Part shown: piece by piece, positions 1 through 12,529 of the stretch
How the letters are laid out: every line of letters begins with the position of its first letter
Position numbering within the stretch: position 1 is the first letter of the stretch
Source of the DNA: Gnetum montanum
Taxonomy: Eukaryota; Plantae; Gnetophyta
Assembly: GCA_015680685.1 (NCBI GenBank)
Contig: MNCI01002682.1
Span: 1,204,152 to 1,268,151 of the forward strand
DNA length: 64,000 nt
Reading direction: 5' to 3'
Program-made: the position numbers and the translations under genes
The notes under the pieces: model-generated
Databases searched by the model: none
Told to the model about the DNA's origin: nothing
Seen by the model: only the letters and a program-made list of their open reading frames with translations

Positions 1-719
1 GATGAAGGTGAAGAAGAAGGGGAACCATCACCATGACAATGCTTCTTACCTTCTCTTTTGTGGCTACGGTCCCAATCGTGATGATGATTAGACTGCCTAT
101 CCTTATCATTTGTTTGTGTTCCTTCATTGAACACTTGGTGTTCATGGGGGTCAGAACCAAGGTTATGAATCATGGAGTGTAGGTTCTGATACCCCACCTC
201 CTCACCATTGTTAGGAGGGGGAACATCATTTCGTGGAGAACCTATTGAAATAGGTTCACCACCCTTGATTTTTCTTATGACGGGTGAACCGTTATGGGGC
301 CCCTTGCCCTTCAACGATGTATGGTAACTCTCCTACCATGAGTCCCTTAAACGTTGCACCATGGTGGGATGGTAATCCCTTGTGTCATAATCACTTACAA
401 CGTATTCAGTGTATAGATGCATCATGTTTATCTATGCAAGAACACAAAGGAGCATGTTAGGGACTGCATGATCTGGGGGTAACACTATGTTACCTTGCAA
501 GTCTCGCCAACGCAGTTGTTCATCTTGATGGAGGATAAAGGTAAAATCGCCTGTATACTCATCATGATGAGTATACACTACTCAATACTCTTGAGGAACT
601 GGCAAATCTAGGTTACGTGTGTTAGATCGTCGACTATCTCTTGTGTGATCCCTAGGTGGTGAAGTGCTTTTATGAGAAAAAGAAGACATTTTTGATCTTG
701 TCGGTGTGCTATTGACCAT
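1..719 (-). pseudogene. Decayed first ORF (gag N-terminal region) of family A element, runs off window start
   Basis: ATG at 719, ~100 bp after PBS; frame continues (MVNSTPTRSKMSS...) with scattered stops; no diagnostic domain visible. Confidence 0.45.
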
Positions 720-816
720 TGTTTAAATTTTCTTCAAATTAATCCTAAGGGTTCATTTAAGTTTCCCAACAATGTGGATGATTTCCTATGTTCTACTTAG
801 TGCATAAACAACTTAG

Positions 817-834
817 TCCCCAACAACGGTGCCA
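817..834 (-). promoter_or_regulatory. Primer binding site, tRNA-Asp type
   Basis: Minus strand TGGCACCGTTGTTGGGGA, decayed form of the Athila-type PBS TGGCGCCGTTGCCGGGGA, 1 nt from LTR end. Confidence 0.85.
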
Positions 835-835
835 A

Positions 836-1776
836 TGATGAGTGGCGAGGTACCCCTACACTCAACCATATGAATACGAGTGTTACACACATGATCCAGT
901 TGAACTCCGCAGACTAAGTGTCTACATGCCTTATGGAACACCTAAGGTTAATTAGTTGTTGTCTTCCCAAGCTCACTTGTATTTGTCATGGTTGTATGGT
1001 TAAGTGAACTTGAGGTATATGATTTTTATATCTTTTCTATTTTATCGCCTATGCTAAGAGAGGAAAGGGTGAAGATACTAAGTAACTAGCTTTAAATAAC
1101 TAAGCCTTAATCATTCTAGCATTAGTATCCATTTCCACTTTTCATTTCACACCTTGAACTAATGCAATGTTGCTGGGATTACCAAACGTTATTCGTTACT
1201 GGGATTACCAAGCGTAACGCACATGCTCGAAGCAGTCGTACTAAATGCACTTAACTATGAGAGTTAAGGGTTGAGAGAGATTAAGTCCTAAGAAAGCATT
1301 TAAACATTCAATAGTAATTAAATCCTCATTAGCTTAGTCCATGCATTGCAAGGTTTATCCAAAAGTTCATCTTTATTGTCGTACACAATTATGTGCTCAA
1401 GTACAAAATTTCTTGAATAAAGATCCATTCACTTTGGGACTCCTACTGTGGGCACATGGAAATTATTCTAACTCTGGAATGGAAAAATGGCAAGAGTTTG
1501 GCTACGGTCTAGATTTAGATGGAGAAACAAGGGAGAGCAACCTCTTATTTATAGAAATGGTGGTGCACTGCGATATCGCGTGCGATATCATAGGTAACTA
1601 CACGATATCGAGCCCATGCGATATTGCGTCCCATCAGAGTTGACCAGAAAAACCTTTTTCAACTTTTTACCCAAACAGACATGATGGCATGCATTGAGGC
1701 ATCTGTGTTGAGACATCTACGTTGAGGTATCTACCTCAACATGGTTGTGTCAACGTAGCCAACTAATGCTTCATCA
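836..1776 (-). mobile_element. 5' LTR of family A (Athila-like) element
   Basis: Termini TGATGA...TCATCA, adjacent PBS, U5 end similar to solo LTR at 25669-26618 (GGGGTACCTCRCCACTCATCA), TATA (TATAAAA) near 1546-1552. Confidence 0.85.
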
Positions 1777-2160
1777 CCTTCTAAACTCATATTTAATTTG
1801 TTTTAGTTTTACATCAAATCTTATATTTGATTTGGTTTAGTTTTGCATTGTACATGTGTGCTTAAGCTTTAGCTACCACTATTCTTGCTCATTTTACTAT
1901 GTATATCCTTGCTTAGATCCATTAAAAAAAATTTTATTGTTGAGTATCTGTGGAAAATAATTTTATATACATGCATGCAAAGGATTTGGTAAATATGGAC
2001 ATCTTTCTTTACAAGAATAAAAAAAGATTCTCTTAGCTAAATTATAAATATATATCATAAATATATAACTAAGCTAGTATTCCCAACCAATTATATACAA
2101 AGGAACAAGCTTCCTAGTCGAGGTATTCTCTCATTGAGACATTTCATTGAAGATAATAAG

Positions 2161-2232
2161 GTATTATCTTAGTGGTAAGATTCCTAGTAGAGAAGCCCTA
2201 GGCTACAAGTTTGATTCTAGTGGGCAACACTA
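2161..2232 (+). mobile_element. Degenerate tRNA-derived (SINE-like) head
   Basis: A-box-like TAGTGGTAAG and B-box-like AAGTTTGATTCT at tRNA-like spacing; no TSD found. Confidence 0.35.
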
Positions 2233-2399
2233 TGTTATGGTTTTAAAAAATTTTGTAAAAATAAAATAAAATTAATGTAATCCAAAAGGATGGTTTAAAA
2301 AAATTTGATAAAAGGAATTATGAAACTAGAATCAAGCTTTTCCAAATGTCTTTTGAAAGGAAGACATATTTTTTTTACTTTTACCTCTAAAGTTGCATA

Positions 2400-2930
2400 T
2401 AAGATTATTACAAATAATGATTTTATTCATGACAAATTCAATAAGGCTTAGAATATGTGATTATCACTACACTTTTGGATAGGGAAAATGAAAGATATTT
2501 GGAGATCTTCTACCTTTTCAAAAAATTTTATTTCATATTAATTTATAGTATATTATTTATTAAGGTCTTCTTATCATCACTCTTTTTAAACATATGAGAA
2601 CTTTTTCTTGTTAATGTCCTCTTTGTGGAAGTGAGAATTCTTTTTCTTCTATTTTTTTTGAATATCCTAATGTATAACATTCTTGAAAATAGACATCTAG
2701 AATTTGTAACAACTTTTAGCTAAGTATTAATGAGATCTTTCTTGGTGATCAACTTGCTTTATCTACTTTTTTTTAAACATGTCCAAATGTCTTTGATTGC
2801 TTGTTTTCTACACTATTTGAAAGCTTTCATATATAATTATTTTTTCAACAACAAGAATATAACTATGATCTTCAAGAGTTAAATATTAGATTCTTAAAGA
2901 AGTCTATTTTCAGCTACAACTTCAAGCAAA
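2400..2930 (+). pseudogene. Degenerate LINE (L1-like) ORF2 3' end, zf-RVT region
   Basis: Fragments KFNKA.., FWIGKMKDIWRSS, CPLCGSENSFSSIFFE(Y)P resemble the LINE CxxC..E...LFFECP motif; many stops and frameshifts. Confidence 0.6.
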
Positions 2931-3213
2931 ATAACTCCCAGTGAATGTTGAAAAGTTAATTTATTTTCTACAATATTATTTTTTTTGTTTTGGAGGCTTA
3001 AGGATGGAAAGGTTTCAACTTCTTTTGCTATTTTTTCATTATTTCTAATTGATATGTTCTTTTATCTTTAGAGATAGTTTTCTCCTTCTCTTTATAAGAA
3101 ACCCTCTAGTAAGAAATGAAACCTCGTGAGGATACTTTTGAATAATGTAAAAGCCTCATCTTTTTTCTACCCTATAGGGAAAGTTTTTTAGGATTGGTTG
3201 TAAGGATGAAAAT

Positions 3214-3384
3214 AGGGATTGTCATTTGGAGTGATAGTAAGGTATTTGTTTCTCAAGTTAAAGACCCAGGTTTGAGCTTGGGCATAGCCACTCAAAGAGG
3301 TTTGACTTTCATTCATCTACCAACCCTCTTGGAACACCACTTACTGAGATGAGCATTGTGGCTCCAAGTGATGATCTTTTATTA
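3214..3384 (+). mobile_element. tRNA-derived SINE with 13-bp target site duplication
   Basis: TAAGGATGAAAAT at 3201-3213 and 3385-3397; B-box-like GACCCAGGTTTGAGCTTGGG; short T/TTA tail. Confidence 0.75.
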
Positions 3385-4029
3385 TAAGGATGAAAATCTA
3401 AAAAGGAATCTTCAATATTATTGGGATTTTTCTTTAGAATTTTTCTTTATTAATTTTATGTACTCCATATTTTTTAAATATTATTATTCATTTTGTTAGG
3501 GTCCAACCCCTCTTCCAACCATCCCTAAAAGTATGAAACTAACATGATCTAACAAATTCAATAGGACATCAATGAAAGTAAATAAAAATTTTAGATATAG
3601 TTTCATAATTATTAAAAATAACTCATCATGAAAATATGCAATAAAGCATTTGTTATATTTTTGCTAAATTCTTAGAAATCCAGGGCAAACCTATGAAATA
3701 TAAATGAAAATTATAAAAAAAATCATGAATAAATACATTATTCATATAAAGACATCTCTTTTAGTATTCCATGGATAAAAAAGTATGAAATGTCCCAAGA
3801 TAATTATTTGTAGTAAGTATTTGAAGTATAAAGAGAAATGCTAAGGGAACCAAGCTTGGATTAAAAAATTAATATACTTGATACGTTAGGATATACCTAT
3901 TTGTTGATATTGTAAATGTGCATAATGAAAATGATAATAAAGGTGAAAAAAATATCTCCAAGCCTAAAATATAAATATTTATAAAGAAAATTTTAATATA
4001 ACTAGTGTTTGTTGTTATTTGTTATGTAG

Positions 4030-4245
4030 ATGTGTAGCTTGTTGGTTAAGCTATGTGGCTTACATCCTTGAGTCACAAGTTGAATCCCAATAGGTTGCAT
4101 CCTAAGATATACAAGTAAAGGATCATCACCTAAATGCTTAAAGCTTATCTTGCCAATGTAGGATCCTAAAGGGGCCATCGATGAGGAGAACACTAACCTC
4201 TTTTGAGTGGTTATACCTAGGTCTTATGAATTGAAAAATAAATAC
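4030..4245 (+). mobile_element. Degenerate tRNA-derived SINE-like element
   Basis: GTAGCTTGTTGGTTAAGC (A box) ... GTCACAAGTTGAATCCC (B box), body, A-rich end; no TSD found. Confidence 0.45.
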
Positions 4246-4484
4246 CTTACTATCACTTCAAGTGATGGTTCCTATTCTAAAACTAAATTTTTTACTTATG
4301 TCCATTGAGGCCCCTTGGATTTATCTATTGGGTATGTGAAGAAAAAATATATAGTTAACTTGTATTGGACTTTACTTTTCTCTTTCACTATTTTTTTAGT
4401 TATACATTTTTAAAAAATAAGAAAAAGAAGTTAAGATTTCTAAAACTTATTGTAAAAGACAAAGTGAAGATATTTTTGAGTTAA

Positions 4485-4586
4485 CTGGTTATTGAAAACT
4501 TCGCAAAATGTAATCATGTAACTTTCTTGGTAACTATTAAAAATGGTTGTTGAAAACCTTGTAGAATGTAACCATGTAACTTTCAT
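4485..4586. repeat. Short direct duplication (~59 bp offset, 2 copies)
   Basis: TGGTTRTTGAAAACYTYGYARAATGTAAYCATGTAACTTTC twice. Confidence 0.7.
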
Positions 4587-4869
4587 AGTGCTATGCTTTC
4601 ACTTTGCATTCTTAAATGTAATAGGAGTGATACCAGTGCATGTGATCCTAGTTAACCAATTATTGAAGTCCAAAAAGGTCTTATTTTTATTTAAAAATTT
4701 TATTTAATTTGTCTAAAACTTCTATAGATTTCGATTGTAACTTTTGTTCTATATTAAGTGAATTTTATATTATATTTCATAGCACTTTTCTAACATGAAA
4801 GATACTCTCATGTTTGTCTACTATTTATGTTCTTTTACATAGACAAACTAATGTTTCCTACCCATTCCA

Positions 4870-5600
4870 GATGATAGGTTTCATGAAGAAAGGGATATAA
4901 AAAGACTTTCAACCTCGGTAAAGACCCCTTCCCTAGGTAGTAAGAAACATGTAAGTAATAATTTATCATCCATCATAAAATGGTTAACCTTGATAAACTT
5001 GCAATAATTAAGGAACCTTATAGCCTTTGGAAAGATTTCTTTCATATTGACAACTAACCATGGTCCTCTTGGCAAAGTTATCAAACATATATCTCCTTCT
5101 CCAAAGGACCATGAATCCAAAGATTATAGGAAATACCATCCCTTCCAAATGGATTGTCAAACTACTAAGAAGGACAAAGGCATTAAATTCAAAGAGTCAT
5201 GCTCTTGTTTCATATAATAGACTCATGTCTTATCATTTGAGGACCAAACCTTATGGGCTAACTTGGTTGCCAAGATAATAGCCTAATCTTTCATTTAGGA
5301 GAGACCATAGCCCCCAACCATCTTTAGATGTGATGCTAGCTCCCATTGCATTGGATGAAATTTATGATATTCCTTTGAATCTAACCATAAAAATCTCCAA
5401 ATAATTGTATCAATGTTATCCAACACCATAGCCAAGGAGGCCAAAAAAAAAAAAACATGACATAATCTAGGATGTTAGAAAACATGGCTTTGGTCATTAT
5501 TAAATTCCCTTTTAATGATAACAACAAATCTTTCTAGGCTGCTAATATTTTCTACAATTTAGCAATCTAAGATGTCCAAAACATGGACTTTTTTGAATCA
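4870..5600 (-). pseudogene. Degenerate LINE ORF2 fragment (post-RT region)
   Basis: WRFLWLDSKEYHKFHPMQWELASHLKMVGGYGL...ILATKLAHKVW matches the LINE FLW...W..I..PK..GGLG...LLAKW.W pattern. Confidence 0.65.
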
Positions 5601-5679
5601 AAGAACAAAGTCTAATCTAGATAATTAATAGAAAAAATTATTTTCTTTCACTATAAAATATTTAAAATATAATAGAATC

Positions 5680-5840
5680 TTAGTGTTGGGTAGTTTATCT
5701 CTAAACATTCAATTTTCTACCAAATGGCCACTCTTAGGGTTGGGTAGTTTATCTTTAAACATTCAATTGTCAATGAAATGGTCACTCTTAGGGCTATGTA
5801 ATATATCTCCAAACATTTAATTTTTTACCAAACGCCCACC
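5680..5840. repeat. Tandem repeat, ~54 bp x3
   Basis: TTAGGGTTGGGTAGTTTATCTYTAAACATTCAATT...AAATGGYCACTC repeated. Confidence 0.75.
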
Positions 5841-6847
5841 ATCCCAATGCATTACCCAAAAACTTCTAGGGCATCTCAAGCCTTTTTCAACTCGTCAACA
5901 ATGACTTTAAAAAATATGAGTGTATCATCCACATAAGGTTGGATGACATCCTACAAGGAAAGAGGGATTACACACCAAAGTTTACTAAATATCTTGGAAG
6001 ATTATTGATAAAAAATTTATATATGTAAGCTACAATATCATGGTTATGATATTATAGCTCTACATATGCCATTGTAGATATGATGTAGTGGGCCATGGTC
6101 ATGCCTATAAATACCAACCCACCATCGTATTGAAAGGATAGCTTTTTGTCAACACTTAGCAAAATTCTTATAGTTTGTTTCTGTGACTTAGAGTTAGAGT
6201 TAGATTGAATGCCCATAGTGTGGTGAATTATAGTTGTATGGAATCTTTATTCAAGTGGATTGTTCCTAGACACAATTTATGAACAACATTAAAGATCAAG
6301 ATTTTTTTTATCATTAAAGTAATTCTCTTAGCATAATTTTACTTTTCCATAATTTTTACTCTCCTCTAGTCATTAATATTTCCTAGGTCATTTTACATTC
6401 CAATGTCTATTAGTAAGGTGAAATAAGAATGATTGGTTTCAAGCATAAAGTGTAACTATTTGATAACCCAGTAGTGACTTTTCTTGATTTGCTCAGTAGT
6501 GAAGCTACTTGGTAATTTCAATAATGGTTACATTAGCCTAGGACATGTATAGAAAACCAAGAATGGATGCTTATCACCACTAGGATAGAATAGCTTAACA
6601 TTTTCATTGCACTTAGACTTAGAATTTGCAATCACTTTCATCATGCCTAAACTTAGCATAATTCAAGCCAAATAACATCAATACATCATATACCTCACTA
6701 AGAGTTAAACCATATCCTATGATTTGCACCTTGCTAACTCTAAGTGGAAAGACAACAATCATGAACTTAGCATCAACTACTAGTATACTTATATTGTCCA
6801 TCTATGGATTATGATCTTGTCATTCATGAACTGTTGTGACTTGTATG

Positions 6848-9800
6848 TGTTGGCGACCGTTTGGGACGCGACCGCCAACGAGTGTCCTCGAACAGGATTT
6901 AGGTGCCTACTAGTCTCTGGCAACACCAAGGCCCAGATACCTCCAAGTAAACTTAGTAGTTAATGTGAGTATGTGTGAGTTCTGTTGCGGCGTGCGGTTG
7001 TGAGAAATGTAATGATTGCGTTGTATGTAAACTACAAATGACTTACTTTAAAGAGATTTAGCCAACTTTGCCAAGTATTGTGAGTTGTTGAAAGTTTCCT
7101 ATTTTGTTCAACTACCTAGTCTATGCGGTCCTTATAATACCTACTTGTAACAAATAAAATTTTGTAAAAACATTTGAGCACAACTCCGCAATCTACTCCT
7201 AATTTTCCCCAGAGAAAGAGATAGTTCCACAAGAAAACTAGAAAAATAGAGCAAGATTCGATGGAAATAAGCAGAAAAGAAAAGAAAATAGATTTGTGTA
7301 GACCTTAAATATTTAAACAAGATAAAATGACACGAGTAAACACTTCACAATAAAGCTTTCCCAAATTCAATATCTACGAATTTTTCAAACTTCCAAGGTT
7401 CAAACAAGCAATTTCTTCAAGACAATCGTACTATGCTACCAAAAATTGCTGCGTAAACTACCACGTACGAGACTCCATTTTGACTAGATAATAGATGTCA
7501 ATGATTGCATTCAAACAGAACCATTAAAAGACTTGACAATTTCTGATTGAAATTCCACGGGAATTCACTTTAAAGATAAAAAGAAGCTATTCTGGTCCCA
7601 TCAAAATACCAAAGATTTTCTAAACCCTCTCGACTACTGAATTGTTCAACAGCGTGACTACAAACAGAGGCTCTCTTACAACAATCCCAATAGCAGTTCC
7701 CATACGTTGCAAAATAATGAGATTTACTACTAAAATGCTCTTAAGGCTTTTAAACACAAGCGCTTCTATGGTAAAATTTTAATAGAAATTTCTATCGGGC
7801 AACAAGAACAGTAAGAGCAATCTAAAAATCCCAAAATTACTTCCCAAGGATGATACTATCTAAACCACTAGCTAAACAATTTAGACAAAACAAAAAATGA
7901 AATGCATAACTCACAGGACCATGACAAAGAGGCTGAAATCTTTCCTTTAGCAAGCCATCTTACGAGCAATCGTCTTTATAAATCTTCTTTACAAATGCTC
8001 TTCTCAAAGCCCCAAGGTGTCTTCAGCTGAGAGCCTAACTGCTAACTAGTAGCCTTCAAAGTGTGAAGTATGAGACCTCCCAAAAGTCTCTTCTCCAAAT
8101 TATCCTTCAAAATTCCCCCCTTAGAATTGAGATTCCAAATTTTGAGCTCCCCCCCATTTCCCATTCTTCCTCCTTGACCCATGAAGCCTTTTTATAGGGT
8201 TCAAAGGTAGGTAGGGAAGTTACATATTTAAAAATATCTCACCTAACTTCTCTCCCAAGTAACTTGGCCAACCAATTAGAAGGTTACTTGCTCAACAAGT
8301 TAGGAGGAAGTTATGTAGTTAGGGAGTTATGAAGTTATACATAGAATTAGGAGAAATTTATGCTAACATTAATATTTATATTAAATGTAATGTGATAAAT
8401 AAATATTTTAACATCAATATTGTAAATATTTTTTTGTGGGTAGTAACTTCTATATAAAATAATGTTTTAAAAATAATATTCTATGACTTGGGATAATTAA
8501 AGGCAAGTTTTCTAAAACAGGGCTTCACACTATATGTACTTTATTAATGGTTGTTATATCTATATATATGTATATATGTAGATTAATTTGTAAGATATTT
8601 TAGTCACCTAATGCTTTTGTAAAGTTATATATGAGTGGTAGTAATGAAATAATTTTACATATATCTTGGTGAAAGTGGTAGAGTTAATGAATGGGTTAAA
8701 ATAATTCTTCTTTGTCTTCCCTAGTAAATCGCGTGGTTAATCGGCAATGGTTCCAAAACAGTAGGCGTAATCGGCTGGTTCATTTTCTCCTTTCTCTGCA
8801 CAAAACCTGTAAAAATCAACACATGTTCTACCCAAGATCCAAAGTGCTGTATCACCCAAACCGTATGTTTGAATTGCCACCACAAAATCATAGCCAACTA
8901 CCACCACGGGAAAAGGCTCTACTGCTGCATCTGGGATTTCTGTTTTGCCCCAAATTGGCTTAGGGCTTTCTACATTTTTTGAAATTTTTCTTGAATTGTC
9001 ACCGCCATTGTCATTGATCACAGAACCAGGGGCGAATGTATTATGGATCTGCATATGCTAAAACTACAGGAACCTTCAGAACCGTTGCTGCCCACACAAC
9101 TGAAACTGCTACGGCCTGCAACAAAAATAAAATCGGGGCCCCAACAAAACGTGACTTGTTTCTTTGTATATTGTGTGGAGAGGGTTTCGATTTTTTTTTT
9201 CAAAAATAATATCCCTATGTTCTGCCCTACATTGGCCTCAGTTCTGTCCAAATTTCTCCACGCGATTGCTGCCTGAAACCCCTTTTAAACTAGCTCATCG
9301 GTGAAAGAAGGGCCTCCCACGTGCTCCACGAACTTAGGTTCGACGTTTGGCAAGTCGGCAACATAGATTCGGCCGGTGCGTGGATGCAGTCCAAAATGGC
9401 AAGCCAAAGGAATTACCCCAAAACCACGGCATTCAGTTCTGCTTTTTTTTTTTCTGATTTCGTTTTTCTCTGGTAGCATTAACAATGGGCCTTTGGTCAT
9501 ACGTGAATTTGGATTTTCTGCAATACAGAAACCTTTACATCCTTTGATAATTTTAAATCCACGAATTCAAAACCAGTTGGTAGTCCGTTAGGTCTTTCAC
9601 TTGTTTCCAACTCTTAGCCGATTTTTGATAATCCATTACCCACGGTGTTGTCTATTTTGCCAATATTAATCAGGGAGTATGCTTTCTTGTGGTAAATAAT
9701 CACCTCTTTTTTCTTATTCCAACCTTCACTCAAGAAAATATCTTGGAATTTTAATTTACTTTCCAAGAAGGCTTCAACATCAAGATTATTTACCAGGCTT

Positions 9801-9919
9801 GCTTCTCCAAGAATACCCATTACTCACAATACTAAACTGCAAATTTACAACCAGGGATTGTGCTAATATTTTGAACAAAATATTCCAACTGCTCCATGTA
9901 ATGGCCAAATGTGCCAACA
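6848..9919 (-). repeat. 3' LTR of family B element
   Basis: TGTTGGC...GCCAACA terminal inverted repeat; near-identical to 15341-18398; TATA (TATAAAAA) at 8189-8196 on minus. Confidence 0.95.
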
Positions 9920-9936
9920 TTTCTACCCCCCTTTTT
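9920..9936 (-). promoter_or_regulatory. Polypurine tract
   Basis: AAAAAGGGGGGTAGAAA immediately before the 3' LTR TG. Confidence 0.9.
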
Positions 9937-10100
9937 CAAGACTAAACATACTAAAAATTTCACTAGATTCTTACAACTGAATAGAAATATTTTTTGAGGA
10001 AAATTCCCATTTCACATAAGGTGTGGTGGGACAAAAACCTTATTCCTAAGCAAAATCAAACTGTACACAACAAAGTATACATTATCAAGTCCTTCATGAA

Positions 10101-10613
10101 CTATTCTTGGGATGAAAACTGAATTGTGAGGGTTACCCTAGTGGGAATCCTCATCTCTCTAACTGTTTCATAGGAAATCTCTGATGTGATGAAGGCAGTC
10201 CTGTTATTCTCTGGCTTGGTAGAGCTCTCATCTTGATCTACATGAGCTTTCTCTTCAACATTTTCTTCATTTTCTTTTTCGGATGAGCTCTTCTGTTCCT
10301 CTTCATTCAGTCCTTCATTTTCCTCTTGGGAGACAAAAGCTTCTCTCCATCCCCATGAAGACTCTTCATAAGTTGGTGGCTCTTTTCCTTTTTCCTCTTC
10401 TTTGGAGCAATATTGATATTGCCCCCAAACATTGGACTCTATATCCAAACCTCTAGTGAGAAAAGAAAATTCATCGGATAACCAAGCCATAAAAGGGCAT
10501 TTCTTTGGAGCTCCACAAGATCTAGCCTTTAGATAAGCTTTCAATACATGCTCAGGGAAACATCCCATCACATATGGAATAAAAGGCTTTCTCATTGCTC
10601 TCTCAAACTCCAT
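10101..10613 (-). CDS. Extra 3' ORF (170 aa) of unknown function, acidic C-terminal half
   Basis: Uninterrupted ORF between INT and PPT, ATG start, TATAAAAG ~70 bp upstream. Confidence 0.7.
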   Translation of the reverse strand: MEFERAMRKPFIPYVMGCFPEHVLKAYLKARSCGAPKKCPFMAWLSDEFSFLTRGLDIESNVWGQYQYCSKEEEKGKEPPTYEESSWGWREAFVSQEENEGLNEEEQKSSSEKENEENVEEKAHVDQDESSTKPENNRTAFITSEISYETVREMRIPTRVTLTIQFSSQE

Positions 10614-10682
10614 TAGCTCTCTATAACTTTCACTACCAAACTTGAATTGAAAGATGATGAAATTGTAAGCAATCTAACCCTC

Positions 10683-10856
10683 CTTTTATAGGTACTAAAA
10701 TGTTTAACTTCCATCCAAGTGTCTTCAACCAAGCTTCCTTCTTTCTAGGCATTCAAACCATTTGTCACAATCCTCACTAAGTGGTGGATGAGTCACCTTC
10801 CCCACTTGTTACACTTGTAGAATTTCACTTGTTTTACTTGTAGGCTTCCACTTGCC
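10683..10856 (-). promoter_or_regulatory. Putative internal promoter of the extra ORF
   Basis: TATAAAAG at 10683-10690 preceded by five (C/T)ACTTG (CAAGTG on minus) motifs at ~10802-10855. Confidence 0.5.
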
Positions 10857-10981
10857 CCATTTGAAGGAAAGATAATGTTCCAAATATAAATAAAGCATAA
10901 TTAAATATAATAATGGACACTATACTCCTAGTAATATTTACATAATACTATATACATATATTATTTTGTGTAATGACATCT

Positions 10982-12529
10982 TCAAGTTGTATGCAATTGT
11001 CCCAAATAATGTTTTATATGCAAAACATTATATGGAAATTGCAATTCCATGCCATCCAAGGTTGATAATTTGTAAGTATCCTCTGACAATTGCTTTGTAA
11101 TTTGAAAGGGACCAATCCATGTCGGGGTAAACTTATTTGGTTTCTTCATATTCCATAATAGGACAAGGTCCCCTATCTTGAAAGTTCTTTTCAAAGATTT
11201 CCTATCAAACCATCTTTTAACTTGAGAGGTATTCTGTAACAAATTATCCCTTGCTTTATCTACTTCAGCTTCTCTTTTAATAAGCAAAGTCATGAAACTT
11301 CTATCTTTATCAGTCTTTTCACTATATCTTTGTACAAATTCAGAAGCTGAGCTTATAATCTTGTTTGTAATTCTTGCTGGCAAACCATAGACTAAGTTAT
11401 ATGGTGATGTCCCAATAGCTTTCTTGAATCTGATTCGATCTGACCATAATGCGGATTGTAGATAATCGATCCAATTTCCTGGATTCCCATCCATTGATTT
11501 CTTGATATAAGCGATAAGCTTTTTATTGGTGGATTCTGCTAGGCCATTTCCTTGAGGATAATAATTTGATGAGGAAAATATGAAAATGGATCTTGCAGAT
11601 GCCCACCCAATAAACTCTTCAGATTTGAAGGCGGGTCCATTGTCTGACACTAACACTTCGGGTACACCAAATCTACTTAGAATGTGGTCTTCTAGAAACT
11701 TAATCACGTCTGATGCTGAACTTCCTCTTAGAGCCTTTGCTTCAGACCATTTAGTGAAATAATCAGTAGCTGTGAGAATAAACTTGTGTCCAACTCTTGA
11801 AGGAGTAATTGTACCAATAAAATCCAAACCCCATTGCTGAAATGGTCTATTTGCAACTACTGGCGTTAAAGGGGCTCTAGCCTTTTTAATCTTGGACCCA
11901 TGAATTTGACATTTATAGCATTTTTGAATCTTTGAACTAATGTCTTGATACATGGAAGGCCAGTAAGAACCATATTGAAGTATATGTTGCATAGTTGATT
12001 TAGGGGATTCATAAAATAGATTCAAATGATCATGAAATTGTTCCAAGATGAAACTAATTTGATCATTATGAACACATTCCAATAAGACTCCCCAAAAATC
12101 CTTTCTATATAATATACCATCTTTAACAACAAATCTTCGTGCTCTTTTGAAGAAAGCTCTCTTTTGACTTGCAGTTAAATTATTTGGGATTTTTCTTGTA
12201 CTAAGAAATTTGAAAATCTCATCATACCAATTTTCTTCATGGGTGTCAAGTGTACACACTTCACTTTCTTTAGTCATTAACTTGGCTAGTCCCATTCCCT
12301 TAATTGTCTTGCATATTTCCAATGAAAATTTAAAACTTTGCAAGTTAATAAGCCATTTACCTCTTTTCAATCCAATCTCATTTTGGGATAGGAATCGCGT
12401 GACTGCAGGTTCAATTAGCATAATGTGTACTAATGAACTTTCCAAATAATATTTAAAATGCTGAAGTGCTTTGATGACTGTGAAAGCTTGTTTCTTTAAG
12501 TATAAATAATTTAACTCTGAACCTTTCAA
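10982..12529 (-). CDS. pol: C-terminal half of RNase H/tether + integrase
   Basis: LKGSELNY..KQAF..IKALQHFKYYL (RH); YWPSM..CYKC; WGLDFIG, VSDNGPAF, GLAESTNK (DDE); WIGPFQI (GPY/F). Confidence 0.95.
   Translation of the reverse strand: MKGSELNYLYLKKQAFTVIKALQHFKYYLESSLVHIMLIEPAVTRFLSQNEIGLKRGKWLINLQSFKFSLEICKTIKGMGLAKLMTKESEVCTLDTHEENWYDEIFKFLSTRKIPNNLTASQKRAFFKRARRFVVKDGILYRKDFWGVLLECVHNDQISFILEQFHDHLNLFYESPKSTMQHILQYGSYWPSMYQDISSKIQKCYKCQIHGSKIKKARAPLTPVVANRPFQQWGLDFIGTITPSRVGHKFILTATDYFTKWSEAKALRGSSASDVIKFLEDHILSRFGVPEVLVSDNGPAFKSEEFIGWASARSIFIFSSSNYYPQGNGLAESTNKKLIAYIKKSMDGNPGNWIDYLQSALWSDRIRFKKAIGTSPYNLVYGLPARITNKIISSASEFVQRYSEKTDKDRSFMTLLIKREAEVDKARDNLLQNTSQVKRWFDRKSLKRTFKIGDLVLLWNMKKPNKFTPTWIGPFQITKQLSEDTYKLSTLDGMELQFPYNVLHIKHYLGQLHTT

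Noticed and set aside
2161-4100. Functional tRNA genes
   Set aside because: Boxes degenerate, stems do not pair cleanly, one has TSD and tail; treated as SINE relics
11580-12449. Plus-strand ORFs overlapping integrase
   Set aside because: Antisense shadows of the pol frame
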